Of a stretch of 64,000 nucleotides of DNA, positions 38,951 to 49,800 are shown one piece after another. The notes under the pieces are model-generated. The model saw nothing but the letters and a program-made list of their open reading frames with translations, ran no database searches and had not been told where the DNA came from. The position numbers and the translations under genes were made by a program. This DNA comes from Armatimonadota bacterium. Lineage in GTDB: Bacteria; Armatimonadota; SYMT01. The stretch is taken from positions 752,342 through 816,341 of the forward strand of contig JAWLHY010000002.1 of NCBI GenBank assembly GCA_041690135.1, in the 5' to 3' direction. The stretch's first letter is position 1, and the number at the start of each line of letters is the position of its first letter.

Positions 38951-39877
38951 ATGACGCTTGAGGAAGCCCTCGACGAGGTGCGCCGGACGCAAGCGTGCTG
39001 GATCGTGTGGAACGCTGAGACGGGAGAGATCCTGGCCGTCCGGGGCAGTGACCCTGGCGCCGGGCCGGAGGAATACTTCCGGCACCTTCAGGGCTCGAAC
39101 GAATTCGGGGTTCCCACCAAAACCCGGTACTTCGAGTCCGGAAAGGTGACGCGCCAGGTTCTGGAGCAGGAGCGGCACGAAACCGACCGCGTGCAGACCC
39201 GGGTCCGCGTGCTCACCTCCTGGTCCCGGGCGCCCGTGCCGGAGCTTCTACAGGTTCTCGAACGAGGCGACTACCAGCCTCCGATGCAAAAGGATTCCGA
39301 TAGCCGGATCATCGTGGACCACCTGTGGGAGTTGCATCGGGATGAGTTGGTGGGGGCCACCCAACGGCGGCTCCAGGCGCTCCTGGGAACGGAACTCCTC
39401 TGCCCCTCCGCCACGCGCCATCTCGAAGTCTATTTTCTGGCCCTGGCAGGGGAAGGAGGCCCGCTCAAAGCCATCTGGCGCGGTGAGCGTCCCGGACGGA
39501 CCTGTTACGCCGACGTGTTCGTGCTGATGGACTGCTTTGCGCATCTAACAACCTCGGACCGGGGCATCATCGACGACATCACGACTATCGTCGCAGAACC
39601 GGGAATGTTCGGCCCCCGGTTCGAGGCCATGATGACGCTGGGCAGGCTGGGGGCCGTGGCTGGGAAGCGCGCCGCAACGGTGATCCGGGACAGCATTTAT
39701 GACAGCACCCCCGAGATCGCGGCGCAGCGGGATCGGGTCCTGGAGCGGATCGAGGCGGAAGAGGCCGATTGGGCACGGTGCGCCGCCTGCTGCTACGGTC
39801 GCGTCCACAGTACGGAAAGTCACGGCGCCAGACCTTGCCCCAAATGCCTGGGGTTGGGCCACTTGCCTGTCCCCTAA
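38951..39877 (+). CDS. Hypothetical protein with C-terminal CxxC zinc-finger-like motifs
   Basis: 308-aa ORF; C..C...G...C..C.G.G tail. Confidence 0.6.
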   Translation: MTLEEALDEVRRTQACWIVWNAETGEILAVRGSDPGAGPEEYFRHLQGSNEFGVPTKTRYFESGKVTRQVLEQERHETDRVQTRVRVLTSWSRAPVPELLQVLERGDYQPPMQKDSDSRIIVDHLWELHRDELVGATQRRLQALLGTELLCPSATRHLEVYFLALAGEGGPLKAIWRGERPGRTCYADVFVLMDCFAHLTTSDRGIIDDITTIVAEPGMFGPRFEAMMTLGRLGAVAGKRAATVIRDSIYDSTPEIAAQRDRVLERIEAEEADWARCAACCYGRVHSTESHGARPCPKCLGLGHLPVP

Positions 39878-39885
39878 TAGTAGGG

Positions 39886-40419
39886 ATGATCCTGGCGAGT
39901 CTTGCGATCTCGCCGGTGGCGGCCCGGAAACTGTCCGCGCCGTCGGAGGGGCCGGAGGCGAAGCTGGCCGCGGCCATCAAGGCGGCGCGATCCCATGTGG
40001 ACTTCAGCCGGCCCGCGATCCTGATCGCCAGGAAGGACGCGGAGGGCACGGTCCGCGTGGAGATCCACCGACCCACCTCGCGCCTGGTGGGAGAAGGAGG
40101 TCGTAGGCCGTCGCGGAAGGTGCTGACGGTGGAATTTGCCGGCAGCCGGTACTCGGTGAAACCCGAGTCGGGCGAGGATGACGTCCCGAGCCAGGAGGTC
40201 GCCGCGAAAGAGACGGCTCGCAAAGCCGGGGCCGCGGCTGCGGCGGTGAGTCACCTGCAGGCGAAGGGTTGGCTCGGGTCGGAGATCGAGGTCTCCGTCG
40301 CTCCGGACGGGAAGGGATATTCTGTCCTCGTCTGGCGGATCCCGTACACGCCTGGCGGTCACTCGATCACGCTGGTAGACCCGGATCTCGCGGTCCGCAG
40401 GGTCGTTCCGGGTCGGTGA
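39886..40419 (+). CDS. Hypothetical secreted protein
   Basis: Short signal-like N-terminus; PGGH..TLVD....V.R..PG C-terminus. Confidence 0.5.
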   Translation: MILASLAISPVAARKLSAPSEGPEAKLAAAIKAARSHVDFSRPAILIARKDAEGTVRVEIHRPTSRLVGEGGRRPSRKVLTVEFAGSRYSVKPESGEDDVPSQEVAAKETARKAGAAAAAVSHLQAKGWLGSEIEVSVAPDGKGYSVLVWRIPYTPGGHSITLVDPDLAVRRVVPGR

Positions 40420-40502
40420 TCCCCCTTTTCCGCAGTGGTCCTGGAAAGCGAAAAGACCAACTTAACGGGGCTGGCCTCTCACGATGAAAGGGATAAGCAC
40501 CA

Positions 40503-41375
40503 ATGCCCGACAAGCGCTGCATGCCCGAAGACTGGGACGATCACGCAGGATGGGAAGGTTACTACGCCGGTGTGGCTGAGGCGGCCGCACGCATCGACGA
40601 TCCCCTCCCGTTCGGGTATTCGGCGGCAATACGCTTTACCCCATGGTTGGCGGAGCGCGGGTATCGGAAGGTTTGGTTTCCCGGCTGCGGCTTGGACGGC
40701 AGCCCTCGCGTATATGCCTCGCTCGGATGCGAAGTTTGGGCGACCGACGTCTCGCCGTCTGCCGTTGCGTACCAGCGGATGCTGGCGGCCCGTTGCCACG
40801 TGGCACTGGGCGAGAGAGTAATGGAAGGCGTCCGCCAGTACCTGCCGGACCTTCAGGAGTGGCGTCCCGGCATGCTGCATGCGCTGGTGCACGACTTCCG
40901 GCAGCCGTTCCCCCAGTGCGAAGTCGATTGTATCCTGAACATCCGCTCGTACCAGGCGCTGCCGCCGAACAGCATGAAGCAAGCCGCGCAGGTCTTCTTC
41001 GCGACACTTCGACCTGGTGGCCAAGCGTTCTTCGACACGCAGAACGTTCAGGGCGAACGCCGCGACAGGCTAGAAGATGCACTTCTTGACGCGGGTTTCA
41101 CACTACCCGGCATCGAGTCAGAGAGATGGTTCCGCCATACAGTAGCGGAGGCCGATATCCCACACAACTTCGTCTTGGGTCGACCTTGGGTCCTTCGGCA
41201 AGATGCCCGCTACCACGGCACGAAGGGTGCAGCCCGCCTGAAGGCCGATGAGGAACTGCTCCATACCTTTGTCGAGGAGTTCAAGCGTCGTGTAGAGGCC
41301 CATGCGACGGAGGTGGAGCGATTGTGGAACAACCCCGACATACGGATCGCCCAGGTTGTCTACAACACGGGGTAA
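40503..41375 (+). CDS. Class I SAM-dependent methyltransferase-like protein
   Basis: VWFPGCG, ATDVS..AV, HDF, LRPGG. Confidence 0.75.
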   Translation: MPDKRCMPEDWDDHAGWEGYYAGVAEAAARIDDPLPFGYSAAIRFTPWLAERGYRKVWFPGCGLDGSPRVYASLGCEVWATDVSPSAVAYQRMLAARCHVALGERVMEGVRQYLPDLQEWRPGMLHALVHDFRQPFPQCEVDCILNIRSYQALPPNSMKQAAQVFFATLRPGGQAFFDTQNVQGERRDRLEDALLDAGFTLPGIESERWFRHTVAEADIPHNFVLGRPWVLRQDARYHGTKGAARLKADEELLHTFVEEFKRRVEAHATEVERLWNNPDIRIAQVVYNTG

Positions 41376-41597
41376 CGCCACAGCCGTGCAACGGCATCTC
41401 TGTTCGCTCAAGGCACGATCAAGCGACCGACGTTCAGCGGCTCTGGTCGCGGCCGGTCAGTCTCTGGGGACTCACAACAGATGATGAGCGGCAGACACTT
41501 CTCGCAAGCGTCCAGCGGCGGATGGAGATAATGGAGAAAGACCGGGCGCATCGTTCCCGGCCGGTGATCCCGCATCACCGGGATAGGCTCCGAAATC

Positions 41598-41625
41598 AAA
41601 AAGGCCAGCCCGGAAGGGCTGGCCT
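41598..41625 (-). terminator. Intrinsic terminator of tRNA-fMet copy 2
   Basis: AGGCCAGCCC-GGAA-GGGCTGGCCT with T-run on minus strand. Confidence 0.85.
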
Positions 41626-41631
41626 CTCATT

Positions 41632-41708
<77 letters not shown>

Positions 41709-41744
41709 TCATCTCCTCGGTGGGTTGCCCCTTCCGACTTCGAG

Positions 41745-41773
41745 AGTATAGCAGTCCGCCCGGATCCGGTCAA
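41745..41773 (-). promoter_or_regulatory. Sigma70-type promoter of tRNA-fMet copy 2
   Basis: TTGACC-N17-TATACT on minus strand. Confidence 0.8.
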
Positions 41774-42055
41774 TACCTAAAATCCCACCATTCTCATCGC
41801 ACCGGAACCCTGTGCCTCGCTCAGGGGTCTATCCGTAGGCGCCTTCCCTGGATGTGCGGTGAGTCACTTCGGTGATTGCTTTTCCGCTCCGGCGTAGCTA
41901 TGAGAAACTGTTGGGCGGCGGCAACCCGCCGTTGGTTTCCTCCTCCGGCGAGGGTAGAATAGGCCGGCCCCCTCCGTTGGGGTGCGCCCCCATCCATTTC
42001 GGAATCCAATCCGTTCGCCTGGCCATCTTCGTCCATGGCTGGAAATGAGCAAACG

Positions 42056-44503
42056 ATGAGTCATAAGCGTTTTCGTCGTACCCTGGGCCTGTCGGCCGCG
42101 GCCCTCGTGGCGACCGCGGGAGCCGGTTGGGCTGCCATCGAAGTCGATGTGAACGGCAAGCCGGTGCAGTTCGGCGCCGTGCAGCCCGCGCGCCTCAGCG
42201 GACGCGTCTTCATTCCTCTCCGCGCGGTAGTGGAGTCGTTGGGCGCGGACATCAAGTGGGATGCCCCCACCCAGACGGTCCGCGGCAGCAAGGGCGAGCG
42301 AGAGTTCAGCCTGCAGATCGGCTCGCGCGACGCTACCGTCAACGGCAGCCCGGTGAAGCTGGACGTGCCTGCGCAGCTCATCTCGGGCACCACCATGGTC
42401 CCCCTCCGGTTCGTGGCGGAGGCCTTGGGCGCGGAAGTCGAGTGGAATGCCGCGGCCCAGCGGGTCGCCATCCAGTCCGCCGAGGAAATGCCGCAGACGG
42501 CCATCGGCCGGGTGGAGGGGGACGTGGTCGCGGTCCGCGCCGAGGGCCGGCCGCCCACGATCACGGTGCGGGCGAACGGCGTCCGCAGCACCTACGAAAT
42601 CACGCGCGACACGATCATCCTGCGCGGTCCGGAAGGGGAGCGGGGTCGCCAGGCCGGGCTGGATGAGATCGAGGTCGGCGAGAAGGTGCGCCTCCGCGTT
42701 GCACCCGAAGGCGGAACCGTGGAAGTGGTGGAGGCGTTCACCCTGGAGGCGCCGCGCCCGGGACAGGAGAAGCAAGTCACCGGCGAGGTCGTGGCGATTC
42801 GGATGCAGGGGAACTCCCGCACGGTCACCCTCAAGACGCCCACCGGACGCGTGCTGTACGTGGTCCCGAATGATACCGTGATCTCTCGCATCATCGGGAA
42901 TGCGCGGCCGATCCGCGGCGCGTTCGACGACCTGCGGGTGGGGGACCAGGTCTCTGTGGTGCCGGATGCCCGCGGTGAAGCGCTCCGCTCGCTGGAAGTT
43001 CGGGTCGAGGATGCGCCCGTCGACAACACCCGCGTTACGGGCGAGGTGGTGGCGATCCGGCCGGACTCACGCCCGCCCACCGTTACGGTGCGCAGCGGCA
43101 ATAACCGGGTGCGGTACGACGTGGCCGAGGATGCGGTCATCTTCCGGAAGGTCGGCCAGGGGCGCGCCGTGCGGGCGCGGCTGGATGAGCTCCAGACCGG
43201 GGATGAGGTCAATCTGCGCCTGGACCCGAAGGGGGAAGTGGCCCGGGTAATCGACGCCACCGGCGAGGATGCCACGGCTCCGCTGCCGGAGCCGGCGAAG
43301 GATCTCCGGATCAGCTCGTTCACCCACACCGGCAAGGGAAGCCTGGCCGGGGGCAGCCGCCTGGAAGTGACGCTGGTCGGCACGCCCGGCGGTATGGCCT
43401 TCGTCGATATCGGGAGCGTGGCGAAGAACGTGCCGCTGCAGGAAGACCGCCAGCGGCCCGGCCGCTACGTCGGCGCCTTCACCGTGCCGAAGGGGGTGAC
43501 GGCGAAGGACGTGGCGATCATCGGTCAGCTCAAGTCCGGCACCCGGACCGCGCCGCTGGTCCAGTCCGCCGCCGTCATCGACATCGATTCCGAAGCGCCG
43601 AAAATCTCGGACGTGGCGCCGGACGACAAGGGGCAGACCACCAACCCGACGCCCGACATCTATGCGGAGATCAGCGACGCGGCCGGATCCGGTATCGATG
43701 AGGAGTCGATCAAGGTGACCGTGCGCGGGCAGGACGTCACCCGGATGGTCAAGGTCACGCCGCGGTTCCTGCTCTATACCCCTTCGAAGGCGCTCACACC
43801 CGGAGCCGTGCCGGTAACCATCAGCGTGCGCGATCGGGCCGGCAACGAGACCCAGTCCACCTGGACGTTCAACGTCCGCCCCACTTCCGATGCCGTCCAG
43901 TCGGTGACCCACAACGCGACGGAGCCCCTGAAGGTAGGTGACGTGCTCACCGTTACCGTGAAGGCGCAGCCGCGCAGCCGGGCCACCTTCAGCGTGGGCG
44001 AACTGGTGAAGGGCCGGGAACTGCGGGAAACGTCTTCCGGTACCTTCGTGGGTCGCTACATCGTCCAGGAAGGTGACGAAGTGGTGAAGGCGCCCGTGAC
44101 GGTGGAAGTCGTCACCCCGGACGGCGATCGGGTGAAGCAAGAAGGGACCGCTCCGGTCAACATTCTCACCCGCGATCCCGAGGTGCCGAAGATCCTGACT
44201 CCCGATCCGGAGATGCCGCTCCGCCTGGACAACGAGTTGATCGTGAGCGGCCGCGGCACGCCGGGCAGCAAGATCGTGGTGGAGGTCACCTACGTCGGCA
44301 AGGCCTTCGGCGCCCTGCCGGTCAAGGGGACCTTCGGCTCGCAGGAAGTGACCGTCGACAAGAACGGCCGCTGGGAAACCGAGCCGTTCGCGGTGCGCCT
44401 CTCCCTCGGCGTCCGCCGCCCGGACCTCACGATCCGCGCCGTCACCATCGACGCCGCCGGCCGCGAGTCCAAACCCGAGGAGCTCAACCTCCAGACCCGT
44501 TAG
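42056..44503 (+). CDS. Secreted protein with copper amine oxidase N-terminal (stalk) domain, beta-rich repeats and Ig-like domains
   Basis: Signal peptide; GRVFIPLR...E.LGA...WD, G.TMVPLRFVAEALGA.V.W; three GEVVA.R repeats. Confidence 0.85.
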   Translation: MSHKRFRRTLGLSAAALVATAGAGWAAIEVDVNGKPVQFGAVQPARLSGRVFIPLRAVVESLGADIKWDAPTQTVRGSKGEREFSLQIGSRDATVNGSPVKLDVPAQLISGTTMVPLRFVAEALGAEVEWNAAAQRVAIQSAEEMPQTAIGRVEGDVVAVRAEGRPPTITVRANGVRSTYEITRDTIILRGPEGERGRQAGLDEIEVGEKVRLRVAPEGGTVEVVEAFTLEAPRPGQEKQVTGEVVAIRMQGNSRTVTLKTPTGRVLYVVPNDTVISRIIGNARPIRGAFDDLRVGDQVSVVPDARGEALRSLEVRVEDAPVDNTRVTGEVVAIRPDSRPPTVTVRSGNNRVRYDVAEDAVIFRKVGQGRAVRARLDELQTGDEVNLRLDPKGEVARVIDATGEDATAPLPEPAKDLRISSFTHTGKGSLAGGSRLEVTLVGTPGGMAFVDIGSVAKNVPLQEDRQRPGRYVGAFTVPKGVTAKDVAIIGQLKSGTRTAPLVQSAAVIDIDSEAPKISDVAPDDKGQTTNPTPDIYAEISDAAGSGIDEESIKVTVRGQDVTRMVKVTPRFLLYTPSKALTPGAVPVTISVRDRAGNETQSTWTFNVRPTSDAVQSVTHNATEPLKVGDVLTVTVKAQPRSRATFSVGELVKGRELRETSSGTFVGRYIVQEGDEVVKAPVTVEVVTPDGDRVKQEGTAPVNILTRDPEVPKILTPDPEMPLRLDNELIVSGRGTPGSKIVVEVTYVGKAFGALPVKGTFGSQEVTVDKNGRWETEPFAVRLSLGVRRPDLTIRAVTIDAAGRESKPEELNLQTR

Positions 44504-44542
44504 TCTCCGAAGCCGGTCTCCCGCCAAGCCGCGGAAGGTAAG

Positions 44543-44755
44543 GTCTCGCGCCAAGCCGCGAAGCCGCAAAGAAAGCGGGAAGAGAGGAACAAGATAGACA
44601 GGATGGAAAGGATGAAGCCGGCATCCGTGTCCGAGTGACGCACTTCTCGTTCGCTGGGTCGGTGTCATAAGTATGAGGGGAACGAGCAAGGCTATGGATC
44701 ATAGTCTCGCCCGTTCCCCTCTTCTTCTTTGCGTCTTGGCGGCTTGGCGCGAGAC
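44543..44755. repeat. Long inverted repeat (REP/MITE-like) between convergent genes
   Basis: GTCTCGCGCCAAGCCGC (44543-44559) / GCGGCTTGGCGCGAGAC (44739-44755) with imperfect extension. Confidence 0.7.
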
Positions 44756-44769
44756 ACCCCGGAGCGGCT

Positions 44770-45903
44770 TTACCCGCGGAGGCGGGCCACCACCCGCTCG
44801 AGGGTGTCGACGACGGTATCGATCTCGGCCTCCGTGGTGCCGCGGCCGAGGGAGAGGCGGATGGCGCTCATCAGGCGGGCGTGGGGGAGGCCCAGGGCCT
44901 TCAACACGTGCGAGGGCTCGATCGCCCCGGCCATGCAGGCGGAGCCGGAGGAGGCGCCGATCCCTTCCAGGTCCAGGTTGAGCAGCAGCAGGTCGCTCTC
45001 CGCGCCGGGGAGGGAGAAGTGGGCGTTGTTCGGCAGTCGCTCGTGGCGGGGTCCGTTCAGGGATGCCTCGGGGATCCGCGCCAGCACCTGGTCGATCAGG
45101 CGATCCCGCAGGGCGGTGATCCGTGTGGACGTTTCCGCCAATTCCGCGACCGCCAGTTCCAGGGCCGTGGCTAGTCCCACGGCGCCGGCGACATTCTCGG
45201 TCCCCGGCCGCCGGCCGCGTTCCTGGCCGCCGCCGTGCAGCAGCGGCTTGAACCGCGCGCCGCGCCGGGCGTACAGCAGACCGGTGCCCTTGGGCCCGTA
45301 GAACTTGTGCGCGGTCAGCACCAGGAAATCCGCGTTCATCTCCGCCACCCTCAGCGGCAGGGCTCCGGCCCACTGGACGGCGTCGGTGTGGAACAGCACC
45401 TCTCGCTCCCGGCACACGGCGCCGATCTCGGAGACGGGGTAAAGCGTCCCGATCTCGTTATTGGCCGCCATTACGGACACCAGGAACGTATGAGGCGTGA
45501 TCGCGTTCCTCACATCGTCCGGGGAAACCCGTCCCTGCGAGTCCACCGGCAGCACCGTCACGTCGGCGCCCAGTTCCCGGAGCCACTCGGCGGTGTGCAG
45601 CACGGCGTGGTGTTCTGCGGCGGTGGTAATCAGGTGGTTCTTGCGGCCTTTCTGCTGCATGAAGGCACCGATCAGCGCGAGGTTATCCGCCTCCGTGCCG
45701 CCGCCGGTGAAGAGGATCTCTTCCGAGCGGGCCCCCAGCAGGCGCGCGACGCGGTCGCGGGCGCCGTCCAGCGCGGCTCGCGCGGCCTGCCCGGCGGCGT
45801 GGACGCTGGAGGGGTTGCCGAAGATTTCGGTGAAGTAGGGCTGCATCGCCTCCGCCACTTCCGGGCGGCAGGGCGTGGTCGCGGCATGGTCGAGGTAGAT
45901 CAC
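44770..45903 (-). CDS. iscS: Cysteine desulfurase (IscS/NifS family)
   Basis: IYLDHAATTP, GNPSS.H, HTDAVQ, TAHKFYGPKG, SSGSAC. Confidence 0.95.
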   Translation of the reverse strand: MIYLDHAATTPCRPEVAEAMQPYFTEIFGNPSSVHAAGQAARAALDGARDRVARLLGARSEEILFTGGGTEADNLALIGAFMQQKGRKNHLITTAAEHHAVLHTAEWLRELGADVTVLPVDSQGRVSPDDVRNAITPHTFLVSVMAANNEIGTLYPVSEIGAVCREREVLFHTDAVQWAGALPLRVAEMNADFLVLTAHKFYGPKGTGLLYARRGARFKPLLHGGGQERGRRPGTENVAGAVGLATALELAVAELAETSTRITALRDRLIDQVLARIPEASLNGPRHERLPNNAHFSLPGAESDLLLLNLDLEGIGASSGSACMAGAIEPSHVLKALGLPHARLMSAIRLSLGRGTTEAEIDTVVDTLERVVARLRG

Positions 45904-46754
45904 GGCTTCAGCATCTCGTTCATGCTCCCGCTGCGGAAGCCCTGGAGGTCGAGGGTCACGAACGGGTAACCGGCCTGCTTGATCCCTTCGACCACGCGGT
46001 CCAGGACTCCCTCCGCCAGGAGCGAGGGGAAAGCGTCACGCGGGATCTCGATCCGCGCGACGGTGTCGTGGTGGCGCACCCGGAACTGCTCGAACCCGGC
46101 GGCGCGCAGCACGTTCTCCGCCGCTTCGATCTTCGCCAGGGTTTCGGGCGTCACCGGGGTGCCGTAGGGAACGCGGGAGGAGAGGCACGCCATGGCAGGC
46201 TTGTTCCAGTTCGGGAGGCCCATGGCCCGGGCGATCTCGCGGATCTCCGGCTTCGCCAGCCCCGCCTCGTAAAGCGGGCTGCGCACCTCCCGCTCCCGCG
46301 CTGCCTGGTGACCGGGGCGCCAGTCCGACATGTCATCCACGTTCGCCCCGTAAGCGATCTCGGCATAACCTTCCGCGGCGGCGATCGCCTTCAGGTGGGT
46401 GAACAACTCCGCCTTGCAGAAGTAGCAGCGGCGGCCGTCGTTCTTCTGGTATTCCGGGTTGTCGATCTCGCTGGTCTCCACAATCCGCAGGTTCCAGCCC
46501 CGCGCGCGGGCCAACTCCACGGCCAGGTCCAGCTCCGCCTTCGGATAGCTCTCGCTCTGGGCGATCACCATCAGCGCCCGCTCCCCCAGCGCCTCATGGG
46601 CCGCCGCGGCCACCAGCGTGCTGTCAATCCCCCCCGAAAACCCCACCACCACGCTGCCCATCTCCCGCAGGATCTCGAGTAGCCGTTCTTGCTTCCGCTT
46701 CACTTCGGCCGGGTCGAGGACGGGTTTGGTGTCAAGGGTGAGGAGGGGTGTCAT
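45900..46754 (-). CDS. larE: ATP-dependent sulfur transferase LarE family
   Basis: PP-loop FSGGIDS, RCYFCK, D..D.RPG, PAMACLSSRVPYG, RVRHH, LDL.GFRSGSMN. Confidence 0.92.
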   Translation of the reverse strand: MTPLLTLDTKPVLDPAEVKRKQERLLEILREMGSVVVGFSGGIDSTLVAAAAHEALGERALMVIAQSESYPKAELDLAVELARARGWNLRIVETSEIDNPEYQKNDGRRCYFCKAELFTHLKAIAAAEGYAEIAYGANVDDMSDWRPGHQAAREREVRSPLYEAGLAKPEIREIARAMGLPNWNKPAMACLSSRVPYGTPVTPETLAKIEAAENVLRAAGFEQFRVRHHDTVARIEIPRDAFPSLLAEGVLDRVVEGIKQAGYPFVTLDLQGFRSGSMNEMLKP

Positions 46755-46897
46755 AGGTGCTGTTACGAACTGCGTATTGTGTGTCGCGACGTCCGGGTAC
46801 TGGAGTAGACTCCGCGAGATTATACCCTCCGGTCCAGAAGCGAGACAAACGTAGGCAGGAGCTTTCACGGAGTAGAGCCTTCAGGGAGAAGTTAGCG

Positions 46898-49800
46898 ATG
46901 CAGGTCGATTCCTCGGCGCTGGCGGAGATGCGGGGGCTGTATGAGCAGGGGCTTTGCCTGCAGGCGTATACCGTCACCCAGCGGTTCGGGCCGTTTCAGG
47001 AGTGGGAGGGTGCGGATGCCCAGGCTCTCGCCGGGCGTCTCGCAGCAAACCTGGGCGCGCCCCGGCTGCAGCAGTGGCTGCACCTGAAGGCCTGGCGCAG
47101 CGACCGGGGGCATTTCGAGGCACGTTATTACCTCACGCGCACGGCCCTGGAGCGCCGTGGCCCTCTGGGCGCCTGGAAGCTGCTGCGGCGGTTCGGCGAC
47201 CTCTCCGGCGCGTCTCCCCAGTTGCGCTCCGACTGGCTCGCCTTCGCCGGCTATGTGGCGGGCCGCCTGCGCGACTTCGACACCGCGGAGTACTGGCACG
47301 GCCAGGCGCTGGCTCTCTGCCCGGAGAACCCCTGGATCTACGTGGAGCGCGCCTCGCTGCTGGAGGCGCAGGACCGTTACGACGAGGCTCTCGCCTCCGC
47401 CCGGCGCGCCCTGGAGCTGCGTCCCTGGTACCGGCCGGGGGTCCAATCTCTCGCCCACCTGCTGCAGTTGCGGGAGCGAGACCAGGAAGCCCTGGAACTG
47501 CTGACGGAGGCCTCCCGGCGGGTGGAGAGCGGTCCGCTGGTGGCGCAGTTGGTGCTCCTGCAGTCGGAGCTGGGTCTCTATCGAGAGGCCTGGGACACGC
47601 TCGACCGGTTCGTCGAGTTGTGCCCGCTGATGGAGAAGGAGTTCCAGCAGTGGCTGGGCAGCCAGCGGTCGGAGCTGGCCTACCTCCTGGGGGATCACGA
47701 AACCGCCATCCGGGAGGCCGAGGCCCTGGCGGAGGTGAGCCCCTTTCACAAAGAGGTCGCGCAGCGGATGGCCGCTACCGGTCCGGATGATCGCCGGGTG
47801 CTGCACCCCGTCGGGTTCGTGCGGCAGCACCACATGACCTGCGCGCCCGCCACGCTCTCCGCGCTGAGCCGGTTCTGGGATCGCAGCGCCGACCACCTGG
47901 CCCTGGTGGAGGAGATCTGCTACGACGGCACTCCCGCTCACAGCGAGCGCTCCTGGGCGGAGAACAACGGCTGGATCGCGCGGGAGTTCCGGGTGACCTG
48001 GGAGAGCGCGAAGGCTCTCCTGGACCGCGGCGCGCCGTTCACCTTGACCACGGTCCAGACCGCCAACGCGCACCTGCAGGCCTGCGTGGGCTATGACGCC
48101 CGGCGGGGGACCTTCCTGATTCGCGATCCCTATATGCGGGAAGTGGGCGAGTTCCTGGTCGACAACCTCCTGGAACAGCACCGCTCCTCCGGCCCGCGCG
48201 GCATGACGCTGGTGCCCCAGGAGCAGGCGCACCTTCTGGAGGGAATCGAGCTTCCGGATGCCGAGCAGTACAACCACTTCCATCGCCTTCAGGCGGCCCT
48301 GCAGAAGCACGACCGCGCCACCGCGCATGCTTCTTTTGAAGCGCTGCGCGCCCTCGATCCGGAGCACCTCCTCACCCTGCAGGCGGAGCGGTCCCTGGCA
48401 GCCTACGATGCCAATTCCGTGGAGCTCCTGGCGTGTATGGAGAAGCTGGTCGCGAGCTATCCGGAAGACCAGAACTTCCAGCTTTGCCGGTTGAGCCTCA
48501 TGCGCGAGCACGCTACCCGGGAGGAGCGGCTCCAGGCCTTGAAGGAGATCTGCGACCGCGAGGAGAGCGATCCGCACTTCTGGCAGCAGTACGCCCAGGA
48601 GTTGGGGCTGGATGCTCGCCAGCAGGAGGAGGCGATCCGCCTGCTCCGCCGGGCCCTCCGGTACCGTCCGCTGGATGCCTCCGTCTACTTCATCCTGGCC
48701 AACACCCTCTGGGACCAGCGCAAGTGGGACGAGGCGCTGGAGCTGTACCGGTTCGCGGCCTGCCTGGACGATAAGGACGAGCAGTTCTCCCGCGGCTACT
48801 TCAACGCGGCGCGCCACCTCAACCGGGTTCAGCACGCCCTCCAGTTCCTGGAGGGTCGCTACAAACGGTTCGGGGCTCGCTCCGGTCACCCCACGCGGAC
48901 GCTGTTCTGGGCCCTCACCGAGCTGGACCACACGCCGCGTGCGTTCGAGATCCTGGAAGAGGCGCTGCGAGCCCGCCCGAACGACGACGAGCTGATTCTC
49001 TTTGCCGTGGAAGCCTACGGTCGTCACGGCCGGTACGATCGCGCCCAGCAACTCCTGTCGGCGGCCCACGGGAAAACGTCCGAAATGGCCTGGCTGCGCA
49101 GCGCCGGCGGCCTGGCGCTCCTCAAGGGGGATCATCCGGTCGCGCTCAGCCTGTGGCGGCAGGTTCTGGAGCGAGATCCGCTGGCGATCGAAGCGCATCG
49201 CAACGTGGCCCGCCTGCTGGCGCAGATGGAGGGGCCGGAGGCCGCGAAGCGCCACTACGCCGCGGTCACCCAGCGTTTTCCGCACAACTACCTGCTCTTC
49301 CAGGCGTGGGAGGAGTGGCTGCGGGACGACGATCCGGTCGGAGCGGAGGCGTTGCTGCGCCAGGTCTTGCGCATCAACCCCGCCGATGCCTGGTCGCATC
49401 GCGAGCTGGCGCTCGCGCTGGCCGAGCAGCGCCGGTTCGATGAAGCGATGGCGGCCGCTCGTGACGCCTACCAGCTCGCCCCGTCGGAGCCGGCCTGTTA
49501 CGCCGTCCTCGGTGAGATCTGCCTGAAACAGGGGCAGTCCGAGCGGGCGCGGTCCGCCCACCGGGAAGCGCTGCGCCTCTCCGTGGACAACGGCTACGCC
49601 ATTGCCCGGCTGATCGAGTGCTGCGACAACCCGGCCGAGCAGCGGGCGGAGCTGCAGTTTATCGAAGGAGAGTTGACCCGCCAGGCGCTGTTCGGGGAGG
49701 GGCTCGTTGCCTACCGCCATGTCGCGCGGGACGTGCTGACTCCGGATGAGTTGCTGGCTTCCGTCTGGCGCGCGCTCCAGTCCCGGCCCGACGTGTGGCA

